64,000 nucleotides of DNA from an uncultured Nitrososphaerota archaeon (lineage in GTDB: Archaea > Korarchaeota > Korarchaeia > Korarchaeales > Korarchaeaceae): NCBI GenBank assembly GCA_964594835.1, contig CAZQNA010000004.1:96001-160000 (forward strand), in the 5' to 3' direction. The notes under the pieces were generated by a model, which was not told the DNA's origin, ran no database searches, and saw only the letters and a program-made list of their open reading frames with translations. A program made the position numbers and the translations under genes. This document shows positions 19,030 through 27,926 of the stretch, piece after piece. Numbering within the stretch: position 1 is the first letter of the stretch; every line of letters starts with the position of its first letter.

Positions 19030-19425
19030 TCATCTTGGTCTACTGAGGACCCCCTCCACAAGCTCCACGATCCTCTCCGCTGCCTTCACGGCGGCCTCTG
19101 AGTCAAGGCTCGTGCATGAGCCCTCCCTTGGACCCTCCACGCTCTTCTCCAGCCTGGCCTCGCAGGCCAGCGTTATCCACTTGGACCCCTCGCAGGCCTC
19201 TCTGAGCGCCCTCTCGAACTCCTCCCCAAGCCCCCTGGAGATCCTGTCCATGTGATCGACCACGGCCCCTGTCGGCTCCAGCCCGAGCGATGCGAGGAGG
19301 CTCGTGAGTGCGACCTTGGCGGCCTCTTGAGCCTTCCTTATGGACGAGGCGCACCTCCCCTCGGCCTGCAGCCTCCTGGCCTCCTCAAGGATCCGCCTCG
19401 CCTCGTCCAACCTCAGGGGGCCCAC
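19030..19425 (-). CDS. Stand-alone HEPN-domain protein (divergent)
   Basis: LDEARRILEEARR...AQEAAKVALTSLL...EAAVKAAERIVELV helical HEPN pattern; start uncertain. Confidence 0.6.
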   Translation of the reverse strand: MGPLRLDEARRILEEARRLQAEGRCASSIRKAQEAAKVALTSLLASLGLEPTGAVVDHMDRISRGLGEEFERALREACEGSKWITLACEARLEKSVEGPREGSCTSLDSEAAVKAAERIVELVEGVLSRPR

Positions 19426-19489
19426 CTCCCGGGCGACAGGTGACGGTCTCCGTAATAAGCTCTGCACGGCCCCCCTCACGGCGCCGAGG

Positions 19490-20539
19490 ATGCCCAGGTT
19501 CCCCAACGTCTCCAAGAGGAGGCCCAGGCCCTGCGGCCTCACCATACACCCTTCGCTGGGATGCAGCCTCGGGTGCGCCTACTGCTACCTCTGGGAGATG
19601 GGCCTGATGGTGCACTCTCCCGCCCCCAACCCGCTCCCCCCGGATCGGCTGGTGCGCGACCTGAGGAGGAACCCCTACTTCGTCGAGTCCAGGATGGGCA
19701 CCTTCCTGGCGCTGGGGAGCCTCGGGGAGCCCTTTCTCACGCGAGAAATAGCCGAGAAGACTCTGCGTTACCTGGACGCCCTGAAGACCCTGGGAAACCC
19801 GCTGCAGGTCTCGACGAAGTTACCTCCACCGGCGGACCCCAGGCTGGCCGACGTCAACGTCCTAGTCACGGTCGTGGCGTGGGACTCCCACGCGCTCCTA
19901 GAGCCTGGGGCGCCGCCCCCGTGGGACAGGATCCACTCCGCTGGGGAGCTCGCGGATGTCGGAGCCGCCCCGACGCTCTTCGTGAGGCCCATCATACCGG
20001 GCGTGACGCTCAGCGAGCTGCCCGAGATCCTAGACTGCGCCAGGGACGCGGGGATAGAGTCCGTTGTGTTCGGCTCGCTCAGGGCATCTCCAGAGGTACT
20101 CAAGAGGCTCAGGAGGGCCGGAGTCGACACGTCCGAGATAGAGCGAAGGCTGGGGAGGAGGCCGGCGCCGGGGGAGCAGCTCCACGTGCCCTCCTCGGAC
20201 CTCAAGGCCCGGGCGATAGAGGAGGCGTGCAAGAGGGGCCTAATTCCGCTCGGCTCAGCCTGCTGCGCCAGCGCGCTGTCTCACGGCGTGCCCTGCTTTG
20301 ACGTCAGGTGGCTGCACAGGATGTGCACCGGCTGCCCGAACGACTGCCAGACCAAGCTGCCCAGCGAGCGGGAGGTGCAGGGCGTCCTGGAGAGCTGGGG
20401 CGTCAGAGGGAGGGTGGCCGGCGACTCGGTGGTCCTTGAGCCGGAGTCGTGGAGGGCCCTTGGGAGACCCGGGAGACACAGGCTTGAGGTGCTGACGAGG
20501 AGGATCGTCGTGAGGGGTGGCGGGCCCGGCGGGACTTGA
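19490..20539 (+). CDS. Radical SAM protein (SPL-like archaeal family)
   Basis: RRPRPCGLTIHPSLGCSLGCAYCY, GSLGEPF, QVSTK, LEPGAP, RPIIPG; C-terminal CCA...C...CxxC. Confidence 0.85.
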   Translation: MPRFPNVSKRRPRPCGLTIHPSLGCSLGCAYCYLWEMGLMVHSPAPNPLPPDRLVRDLRRNPYFVESRMGTFLALGSLGEPFLTREIAEKTLRYLDALKTLGNPLQVSTKLPPPADPRLADVNVLVTVVAWDSHALLEPGAPPPWDRIHSAGELADVGAAPTLFVRPIIPGVTLSELPEILDCARDAGIESVVFGSLRASPEVLKRLRRAGVDTSEIERRLGRRPAPGEQLHVPSSDLKARAIEEACKRGLIPLGSACCASALSHGVPCFDVRWLHRMCTGCPNDCQTKLPSEREVQGVLESWGVRGRVAGDSVVLEPESWRALGRPGRHRLEVLTRRIVVRGGGPGGT

Positions 20540-20596
20540 ACCCGCGACCACCGGCTCCGAAGGCCGGCGCTCTGATCCGTGCTGAGCTACGGGCCC
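20518..20596 (-). tRNA. tRNA-Arg(UCG), intron-less, CCA encoded
   Basis: GGGCCCG acceptor stem, anticodon arm CCGGC-CTTCGGA-GCCGG, T-loop TTCAAGT, 3' GCCA. Confidence 0.95.
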
Positions 20597-20621
20597 CAGC
20601 CAGTGGGGGCGGGTCCAGTAT

Positions 20622-21836
20622 TTACCCTTCTCCCCTCCCCCTCACCAGCCGCCTCAGCCTCCCCCTGGCCGCGTACGCGGCAGCGCTCCCCAGGATGACG
20701 ACCAGGAGGAGGACGACGGGCCAGACCTTTCCCCTGGAGAGGAGGTTTCCAATGTAGCCGAAGAGGGCTGCCCTAGGTATCAGGGCGACCAGGTTGGCGG
20801 CGAAGAAGTGGAGGGGGTTCATGCCGGTCAATCCGGCGGCGTACGAGATAAGGTCTATCGGGCTGAAGGGGATCAGCCTGGCGATCACCACCGCCAGGGG
20901 CCCCCACCTCGCGAACCACCTGTCGACGGCGTCCAAGACCTCGCTCCTGAATGCCCTCTCGACGAACGGCCTGCCGGCCAGCCTGGCTATGTAGAAGTTG
21001 GCCATGGCCCCCAGGGCTGAGCCTATCCCGCCGACCACGCCCACAGTCCAGGCGTCCATCCCAAGGGCCCCCGCCGCCACCAGGATCGCGTCGGCGGGGA
21101 TCGGGGAGATGACTGACTGCACGACCATCGCGAGTATCAGGCCCGAGGGCCCCCACCTCCTCACCCAGGACGTCACCCTCTCGGTGAGCTGGTCGTAGTA
21201 GAGGCGCCTCTCCAGCAGCACCCTGACGCTCCCGGCGTTGGCCACCACGACCGGGACGGATATGGCCAGGGAGATCGTCGTCGGCTTGACCGTCTCCAGG
21301 GCCCTGGACGCCGCGAGGACTCCCGCCGCCGAGGCGGCCAGCGGGAGGATCGAGTCCCACCCCACGCCGGACGCGAGGGCGACGGGGATGCCAGCCGCGG
21401 AGGACACTATCAGCGCCTCCCGCAGCCTCACCCCCATGGCAGTCAGGGCGGCGACGCTGACGCCAGATCCACCGAACCCGAGCATGCTCACTCCCTGTAT
21501 TATGCCCGCCACGGCCCCCTCGACCACGCCCACCCGGGAGAACTCCGAGGTCTGGAGCAGCTCGAGCCTGGTCATCAGGGCGCCGGCGGCGGTTATGACG
21601 CCGAGCCCGAGGAGGGCGACGCCCCCCAGCACCCAGTCGGGCCTGAACCCGAGCCTCACCCAGACGAGGGTGATGGCCATTGAGGTGACGAGCGCCGAGG
21701 CCTCCGCCGGGAGGAGTTCCCCGGACAGTACCAGCCTCGGGTCGACCAGCAGGCCGGCGACGGCCTGGGATCTCTGGGTCAGCTGAGCGGTCAGAGGGAT
21801 CCACTCAAGCGCAGCGTCGATCAGTAGCCTCCACAT
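20622..21836 (-). CDS. Fusion of a degenerate UppP/BacA-like domain and a DedA/VTT (TVP38/TMEM64) domain
   Basis: N-half: DAALEWIPLTA and GIIQGVSMLGFGGSG resemble BacA motifs. C-half: QSVISPIP, GSALGA, ARLIPFSPIDLISYAAG are VTT motifs. Confidence 0.75.
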   Translation of the reverse strand: MWRLLIDAALEWIPLTAQLTQRSQAVAGLLVDPRLVLSGELLPAEASALVTSMAITLVWVRLGFRPDWVLGGVALLGLGVITAAGALMTRLELLQTSEFSRVGVVEGAVAGIIQGVSMLGFGGSGVSVAALTAMGVRLREALIVSSAAGIPVALASGVGWDSILPLAASAAGVLAASRALETVKPTTISLAISVPVVVANAGSVRVLLERRLYYDQLTERVTSWVRRWGPSGLILAMVVQSVISPIPADAILVAAGALGMDAWTVGVVGGIGSALGAMANFYIARLAGRPFVERAFRSEVLDAVDRWFARWGPLAVVIARLIPFSPIDLISYAAGLTGMNPLHFFAANLVALIPRAALFGYIGNLLSRGKVWPVVLLLVVILGSAAAYAARGRLRRLVRGRGEG

Positions 21837-21893
21837 TCCCGTCGCGGGAGATCGGCAACCTACTTAAGATCATGCGCGGCGGGCTCAGAGGAA

Positions 21894-22694
21894 ATGCCCC
21901 TGAAGTTCGGCGCCATGAACAATCCTGCCAACGACGTGCTCGACGACGTCAGGGCTCTCCTGAGCCTTGACCTAGACTACATTGAGCTGACGGTGGAGTG
22001 GCCCGGCGCTGGGCTGGACAGGGTGAGGGAGGCCGCCCGCGAGATATCCGACATCCTGTCGACGGCCGACCTGGACGTGGTGCTCCACGCCCCCTGGTAC
22101 CTAGAGATAGCCAGCCCGTACGAGGGGGTGAGGGAGGGGGCTATGAGGTACGCCGAGGATCTCCTGACCCTGGCCGCGGAGCTGGACGCGCCATTCCTGA
22201 CGATACACCCGTACACGCCCGGCTGGCTCTCTAGGTACAGGGAAGAGGCCAGGAGGCTCAACCTCGAGGCCATGAGGAGGCTGTCGGCCAAGGGCCTAGA
22301 GGTCGGGGTCAGGGTCCACGTGGAGAACGTGGACCACGGCGCCTTCAGCTCGGTCTCCGACATTCTCTACCTCCTGGGCGCCCTCCCGGAGCTGGGGTTC
22401 ACGCTGGACCTGGGCCACGCTTTCTTGGGTGGGGTGGAGAAGGTCCAGTCCTACATCGAGAAGGCGGCGAGCAGGATACTGCACGTCCACGCCCACGACA
22501 ACCACGGCAAGGGGGACGACCACATGCCCATCGGCGCCGGGAGGCTCCCCTGGGACAGGGTGCTCGCCCTCCTCAGGGGGACAGGTTACGAGGGGACGGT
22601 CACGCTGGAGATACACTCCAGCGACTTGGAGTACGTGGAGATATCGAGGAGGAAGTTCCTGGAGCACTGGGAGGCGGGGGGTGAGCGGGGCTGA
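21894..22694 (+). CDS. Sugar phosphate isomerase/epimerase (AP endonuclease 2 TIM barrel)
   Basis: VLHAP, VENV, TLDLGH, HVHAHDNHG--DDHMPIGAG, TLE. Confidence 0.85.
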   Translation: MPLKFGAMNNPANDVLDDVRALLSLDLDYIELTVEWPGAGLDRVREAAREISDILSTADLDVVLHAPWYLEIASPYEGVREGAMRYAEDLLTLAAELDAPFLTIHPYTPGWLSRYREEARRLNLEAMRRLSAKGLEVGVRVHVENVDHGAFSSVSDILYLLGALPELGFTLDLGHAFLGGVEKVQSYIEKAASRILHVHAHDNHGKGDDHMPIGAGRLPWDRVLALLRGTGYEGTVTLEIHSSDLEYVEISRRKFLEHWEAGGERG

Positions 22695-23533
22695 GGATCG
22701 ATAGGGTGGCATTCGTGGCCTCTAGGGTCGATCCGGCTGCCAACCTGATGGCGGAGGAGCTCCTGGCAGAGGTGGGGGACGAGGAGTTCAGGGTGGGCCG
22801 AGTGAGGGCCTGGCTCTCTCGCCCCGACGGGGAGGTCCTAAACGTCAGGAGCGAGGGCGAGCTGGGGGCCGACGGGGCGGACCTGATCGTCATACTGTCG
22901 AGGCACAGCGGGGTCCCGGGGACCCCCGTGGTGACCACGCACGTGCCGGGCAACTTCGGGCCCGCGCCCTTTGGCGGGGAGCCCGAGACCCTCTCGACGG
23001 CCTGCCCCCCATTCATGAAGGAGTTCCTCCGTGCGGCGGCCAGCGGGGCCCGGGAGATCGGGTTCGAGCCCGCCCAGGAGCCCACGCACCACGGCCCCAC
23101 CCTGGGCACCCCGCTGGCGTTCGTCGAGGTGGGGTCCAGGCCGGAGCACTGGGAGGTGAGGGAGGCGGCCAGGGTGGTCGTCAGGGCGTCTCTGGAGGCG
23201 CTCAGGAGGCTGGGCGAGCTGGGATCGGAGGGGGAGTCTGGGGGGTACACCCTGGCGGTGGGGTTCGGCGGTCCCCACATAAACCGCTACTTCACGGAGA
23301 TCCAGATGAGGTCCTCCTACCTCGCCGTCGGGCACATACTCAGGAGACACGACGCGGCAGCCGCCACGGAGAGGACGATAGCCCTGGCCTTCGAGAGGAA
23401 CTGCGGGCGGACAGACACAGCCATCGTCGACTGGAAGGGGCTCAGGGGTGAGGAGAGGTCCAGGATACTGGAGGTGCTGAGGGACCTCGGGGTGACCGTT
23501 CTGAGGGCGAGGAAGGTTGCCCACTCGCTCTGA
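22691..23533 (+). CDS. dtdA: D-aminoacyl-tRNA deacylase (DTD2/GEK1)
   Basis: SRHS, TTHVPGN, EPTHHGPT, FVEVGS, GFGGPH, GHI, DWKG. CTG 22691 overlaps the upstream TGA; alternative GTG 22706. Confidence 0.88.
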   Translation: MRIDRVAFVASRVDPAANLMAEELLAEVGDEEFRVGRVRAWLSRPDGEVLNVRSEGELGADGADLIVILSRHSGVPGTPVVTTHVPGNFGPAPFGGEPETLSTACPPFMKEFLRAAASGAREIGFEPAQEPTHHGPTLGTPLAFVEVGSRPEHWEVREAARVVVRASLEALRRLGELGSEGESGGYTLAVGFGGPHINRYFTEIQMRSSYLAVGHILRRHDAAAATERTIALAFERNCGRTDTAIVDWKGLRGEERSRILEVLRDLGVTVLRARKVAHSL

Positions 23534-23927
23534 CCCCAGGGTGGGGCGCCTCCCCGATCGCGGGGGGAGGCCGGGCCCGAGGTACAAGACCCTCTTCATG
23601 TTCGACCGGACCGTCCCCAGGGACCTCTACTACTCCGTTCAGAGGAGGCTCAACTACATGGGCTACGGGGCCGTCTGGGCCCCGAGGTCGGCGGTCAGGG
23701 GCAAGAGGAGCCCGGAGGAGCTGGTGGACTACTGCCTCCACAGGGGCATATTGGTCCTGGCCACCTTCGACAGGAGGGCCCGGCTGCCCGAGCGGGCCAG
23801 GGGCAGGCTGGCCCTGCTTAGGCTGAGGGGCGGGAGGTCCTGCACCGTCAACAAGATAGTGGCCAGCATCTTCGCGGCGGCGAGGGACCTCAGGGGCACT
23901 CCGTCAAGCGAGAGGCTGGACTGCTGA
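23517..23927 (+). CDS. PIN-like (DUF5615/Mut7-C) domain protein, divergent
   Basis: FMFDRTVP...LNYMGY...ELVDYC...LATFDR pattern; start uncertain. Confidence 0.55.
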   Translation: MPTRSDPRVGRLPDRGGRPGPRYKTLFMFDRTVPRDLYYSVQRRLNYMGYGAVWAPRSAVRGKRSPEELVDYCLHRGILVLATFDRRARLPERARGRLALLRLRGGRSCTVNKIVASIFAAARDLRGTPSSERLDC

Positions 23928-24001
23928 GGAGGACGGCGACCGGGGCACCGAACTTATATATTGTGTCCCCGAGGCGGCCGAGAGGAGGGGAAGGAGGGCC
24001 G

Positions 24002-24319
24002 GTGTTCGGCTCTAGGTCGTCGGCTGAGGAGGACTCACAGGTCTCGGAGAAGGAGGTTCGCGTAGTCAGACTGGTTCTCGACATCGTCAAACCCCACAAC
24101 CCAACGATAATCGAGCTCGCAGAGGCTCTGAACGAGCTGCCCGGCGTCTTCAAGGTGGAGATCGACGTCCAGGACTACGACACCAACATCGAGCGCCTGA
24201 AGGTCATACTGGAGGGGGAGGACCTGGACTACGAGGAGATAAGCAGGGTGGTCAAGTACTACGGCGGGAACATCGCCAGCCTGGACGGGGTGACCTCCAC
24301 CTCGGAGGAGTCCGATTAG
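24002..24319 (+). CDS. DUF211 (COG1888) family protein
   Basis: RLVLDIVKPHNPTIIELA, EGEDLDY, GGNIASLD. Confidence 0.85.
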   Translation: MFGSRSSAEEDSQVSEKEVRVVRLVLDIVKPHNPTIIELAEALNELPGVFKVEIDVQDYDTNIERLKVILEGEDLDYEEISRVVKYYGGNIASLDGVTSTSEESD

Positions 24320-24381
24320 GCCGCTCGAGCCCTGTCCCGCCAGAACTCCTTATAACCCGCCGCGCCGCCGGCGGCGCCGAG

Positions 24382-25713
24382 ATGGGGAGCCCAGCCAGGG
24401 TGTACATCGAGACCCACGGCTGCACGGCCAACAGGGCGGACTCCGACGTGATGGCCGCCCTGCTCCAGGGGGCGGGCTACGAGCTGGTGGGCTCCCCCGA
24501 GGAGGCCGACGTGATCGTCCTCAACACGTGCAACGTGAAGAAGCCGACGGAGGACAGGATGGCGCACAGGATCTCCCGACTGGCTGAGCTCGGCAGGCCC
24601 GTGGTGGCCGCGGGCTGCATGGCGCTGACCCAGCCCTCGAGGCTAAGGGATCACGCCACAGTACTCCTGGGGCCGAAGTCCATTCACAGGATAGTGGAGG
24701 CGGTTGACCTAGCGAGGAGGGGCTCGAGGGCGGAGTTCCGCGACACGTCCCCCATAGACAAGGCCGCCCTCCCGAGGAGGCTGGGGTCGGGCGTGTCGGC
24801 CCCCCTGCCGATAGCCGAGGGGTGCCTTGGGGCCTGCACCTTCTGCATAACCAGGTTCGCCCGCGGGAGACTCAGGAGCTTCTCCCCCCGCCTCATAGTC
24901 GAGAGGGCCTCTGAGTTCCTCCGGGCGGGGGCGGTCGAGCTCCAGATAACCGCCCAGGACACGGCCGCATACGGTCGGGACATAGGGTGGGACCTCCCGA
25001 GGCTCCTCAGGAGTCTCCTGGAGCTGCCGGGGGAGTACAGGGTCAGGGTGGGCATGGCGAACCCGAACACCCTGGCCAGGGTGGTGGACGACCTCCTGGG
25101 GGTCATGGGGGACCCCCGGGTCTACAGGTTCCTGCACGTCCCGGTCCAGAGCGGGAGCGACGAGGTTCTGAGGAGGATGGCCAGGGGCTACAGGGCGTCG
25201 CTCTTTGAGGAGATCGCCTCCAAGTTCCGGACTGCCTTCCGAGACACAACGCTCGCCACCGACGTGATAGTGGGCTTCCCGGGGGAGACCGAGGACGACT
25301 TCGAGTCGACCCTGAGGCTGCTCGAGAGGACGAGGCCCGAGATCGTCAACGTGAGCAGGTACGGACCCAGGCCCGGGACCCTCGCATCCAGGTGGAGGCC
25401 CCCAGACCCCAGGGAGGTCAAGAGGCGCAGCAGGACGCTCTTCTCCCTGGTCAGAGAGCTGGGCCTGAGGGCAAACGAGGCCTACGTGGGCAGGGAGCTC
25501 ACGGCGCTCGCACTGGAGCGTGGCCCCAAGGGGTACCAGGGGAGGACTGACTTCTACAGGCCCGTGGCCCTGCTCGGGGATGACGTGAGGCTCGGGGTCT
25601 TCTACGACGTCGTCGTCGAGGAGGCCAGACCCAGCTACTTGGTCGCCAGGGTGCTGGCCGCCAGGGAGCCTGCCGCCCCGACCGCGGGGGGAGCTCACTC
25701 GGTTGGGAAGTAG
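24382..25713 (+). CDS. MiaB-like tRNA methylthiotransferase (archaeal MtaB/CDKAL1 type)
   Basis: ETHGCTAN, NTCNV, AGC, EGCLGACTFC, HVPVQSGS, IVGFPGET; C-terminal TRAM-like region. Confidence 0.9.
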   Translation: MGSPARVYIETHGCTANRADSDVMAALLQGAGYELVGSPEEADVIVLNTCNVKKPTEDRMAHRISRLAELGRPVVAAGCMALTQPSRLRDHATVLLGPKSIHRIVEAVDLARRGSRAEFRDTSPIDKAALPRRLGSGVSAPLPIAEGCLGACTFCITRFARGRLRSFSPRLIVERASEFLRAGAVELQITAQDTAAYGRDIGWDLPRLLRSLLELPGEYRVRVGMANPNTLARVVDDLLGVMGDPRVYRFLHVPVQSGSDEVLRRMARGYRASLFEEIASKFRTAFRDTTLATDVIVGFPGETEDDFESTLRLLERTRPEIVNVSRYGPRPGTLASRWRPPDPREVKRRSRTLFSLVRELGLRANEAYVGRELTALALERGPKGYQGRTDFYRPVALLGDDVRLGVFYDVVVEEARPSYLVARVLAAREPAAPTAGGAHSVGK

Positions 25714-26789
25714 TCGTATATGGGCCACTGGGCCGGCCTGAACCCCTCCGCGGCCTCCGGCTCCTTGAGCACGAGGACGTAGAGGTTGCTGGAGTAGCCG
25801 ACGACCCTGTCCGCGAGTTCGGGCCTGCCCATCTCCTGGGCGACCTCCTCTGCCAGCCAGTATATCGGGCTGTCCCTTGCCACCACGTATCGGTTCAGTC
25901 CCACGACCACCCTCTCAACCGCGAAGCCCATCTCACCGAAGCTCCTGAACACCCGGCTCATGTGAGAGCCGAGCTCGTCGGGCAGCAGGCAGACGTACCC
26001 CCTCCTCCCCCTCTCCTTCACCAGGGCCTCCCAGCCCCTCAGGGTGAAGGTCTGGACGCCCGGGAGCGTGTACGTGGGGTCCGCCAAGAAGACGTCGTGC
26101 CGATCCCTGAGCCCCTTGGGGATCGGCCTGGTCAGGTCGTGCCTGACGACCCTGATGTCCAGCCCCCTCTCCCTCGCCAGGTCCTCTATCCTCCTGATCA
26201 CCCTCTCGTCTAGCTCGAAGACCGTCACCCTGACGTCGAAGCTGCTGGCGAGGACCAGGCTCTGAAAGTCGTCGTCTCCCATGATCGCCACGCTCTTCCC
26301 GTCCAGGGGAACGTCCGAGGCCACCTCACTCAGCCTCCTGAGGAGGCTCTCCCTAGACACCTGGAGCTGGTCGAACTCGTAGTTGACCTCTATCCTGGGC
26401 ACGAGTTCGACGGCGGACTCGTCCGGCGCCTGCCTGCCGAACGGGTTGACCCTGAACCTCACCCCACCGTCGTCGTCAACCTCGGCCAGGCCGGACTCCT
26501 CCAGGGCCCTCGCCAGGTTAAGGGCCCTCTCGGGTATCAGGGGCCCCTCCCTCACGAGCCTGTCCAGGCGACCGAGCCTGAAGAGCCGGTACGCCAGGAC
26601 CTCGAACTCGAAGGGAGACAGTCTGTGGACCCTCTCCCAGGACACCCTGCCCTCCTCGGGGGACTTCCTCCCGTAGACTGTGCCGGCCGCCTTGACCGTG
26701 GACTCCAGGTCGTACTTGGAGAAGAGCAGGAAGGCCCTCCTCAGCGCCTCCCGGCCAGGCGGGTGACCCCCATCCAACCGCCCACTCAT
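25695..26789 (-). CDS. bpsA: Branched-chain polyamine synthase (N4-bis(aminopropyl)spermidine synthase)
   Basis: FDQ, GDDD catalytic motif, ELDER, HDL--P, ADPTYT, F-RG. Confidence 0.8.
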   Translation of the reverse strand: MSGRLDGGHPPGREALRRAFLLFSKYDLESTVKAAGTVYGRKSPEEGRVSWERVHRLSPFEFEVLAYRLFRLGRLDRLVREGPLIPERALNLARALEESGLAEVDDDGGVRFRVNPFGRQAPDESAVELVPRIEVNYEFDQLQVSRESLLRRLSEVASDVPLDGKSVAIMGDDDFQSLVLASSFDVRVTVFELDERVIRRIEDLARERGLDIRVVRHDLTRPIPKGLRDRHDVFLADPTYTLPGVQTFTLRGWEALVKERGRRGYVCLLPDELGSHMSRVFRSFGEMGFAVERVVVGLNRYVVARDSPIYWLAEEVAQEMGRPELADRVVGYSSNLYVLVLKEPEAAEGFRPAQWPIYDYFPTE

Positions 26790-27157
26790 CTCCCCTGTCT
26801 TTCTCGGGCCCTGCCGGTCTTTATCTCGACGACGCTGTCGTTCTCTGGTCTAAGCCTCTCTCTCAGGAACTCCAGGGCCCTCTCCTGCCAGTCCGACCTC
26901 CCGGGGGCGAAGTCGACTATGTTCACCGTGGCGTAGTCGTGCTCGGGCCAGGTGTGAAGGGCGACGTAGCCCCTCTCAGTGAGCAGGAGGGAGCTAACGC
27001 CGTAGGGCTCGAACTCGTGCACGTGAAGGGCCTTGACCTCGAGCCCGAGAGCCCTCGCGAGGTCCCTCAGCATGGACTCCATCAGGGCGGGGGAGTCGAG
27101 CGCCTCGGACTCCCCCACGTTGTAGAACTCCACAATCACGTGGCTCTCCAGCGACAT
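26786..27157 (-). CDS. AdoMet decarboxylase (SpeD class 1b)-like protein lacking the pyruvoyl cleavage site
   Basis: HEFEPYGVS and HTWPEHDYA are retained, but ESH reads RGY and the DxFTCG segment reads NIVDFAP. Confidence 0.8.
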   Translation of the reverse strand: MSLESHVIVEFYNVGESEALDSPALMESMLRDLARALGLEVKALHVHEFEPYGVSSLLLTERGYVALHTWPEHDYATVNIVDFAPGRSDWQERALEFLRERLRPENDSVVEIKTGRARERQGR

Positions 27158-27204
27158 CCCGTTTTACCGGATCTCTCGCCCTAAAAAAGGCTCGGGGGCG
27201 GGGT

Positions 27205-27879
27205 CTACAGCCCCGCGGAGGAGCCGGGGGACAGCTCGATGACCTCGACGTCCAGCCCCCTGGCCTTGACCTCCTCTCTGAGCTGACCTGGGGTTCCCCA
27301 TAGGACGGGGAACGTCCCGTAGTGAATCGGCAGGACCCGCGGGCTCCCCAGCATCTCCAGCGCCTTACCGGCCTCCCTCGGACCCATGGTGAAGTGGCCG
27401 CCTATCGGGAGGATGGCGAGCTCCGGGGAGTAGAGCTCTCCGATGAGGCTCATCCCCGGGAAGATCCCAGTGTCCCCCGCGTGGTACACCGTGAGCCCGT
27501 CGGGGAACTTCACCACGGCCCCCGTGGGGGCCCCGAGCGGGGAGCTGTGGAGAGCCTCGGTCAGGACTACCTCGACGTCCCCGACCTTGAAGGGCCCGCC
27601 TATGTTCGCCCCGACCGCGTCGGCCCCCCTCTCCGAGGCGTGGTTCGCCAGCTCGAATATCCCCACGACCTTGCCGCCCCTCTCCTTGGAGAGCCTTATC
27701 GCGTCTTCGAGCCCGTGATCTCCGTGTCCGTGCGTGACGACGTACGCCAACACGTCCCCCGGCACCTCTACGCCCCTCGGATACGCCGGGTTGTCCCTTA
27801 TCCACGGGTCGAACAGGACCCTGACGCCCCCGGACTCGACCAGGACGTTAGCGTGGCCTAGGAATGCCACCCTACCCAG
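27205..27879 (-). CDS. UPF0173 metal-dependent hydrolase (MBL fold)
   Basis: FLGHA, DPW, THGHGDH, HSS, YHAGDTG, LPIGGHFTMG, PIHYGTFP. CTG 27879 or GTG 27870. Confidence 0.9.
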   Translation of the reverse strand: MGRVAFLGHANVLVESGGVRVLFDPWIRDNPAYPRGVEVPGDVLAYVVTHGHGDHGLEDAIRLSKERGGKVVGIFELANHASERGADAVGANIGGPFKVGDVEVVLTEALHSSPLGAPTGAVVKFPDGLTVYHAGDTGIFPGMSLIGELYSPELAILPIGGHFTMGPREAGKALEMLGSPRVLPIHYGTFPVLWGTPGQLREEVKARGLDVEVIELSPGSSAGL

Positions 27880-27926
27880 GACCCATCACCCCCCGGGCCC
27901 CTCCAGACCCCAAATTTAATCGAGAC

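Noticed and set aside
9670-27157. Selenocysteine or pyrrolysine recoding as an explanation for missing catalytic Cys/Ser residues
   Set aside because: The affected positions are ordinary sense codons in uninterrupted ORFs, with no in-frame TGA/TAG.
27140-27157. ESH tripeptide near the N-terminus of the SpeD-like protein (MSLESH) as a relocated cleavage site
   Set aside because: It falls at the usual first-strand G-x-H position, not the cleavage hairpin; probably coincidental.
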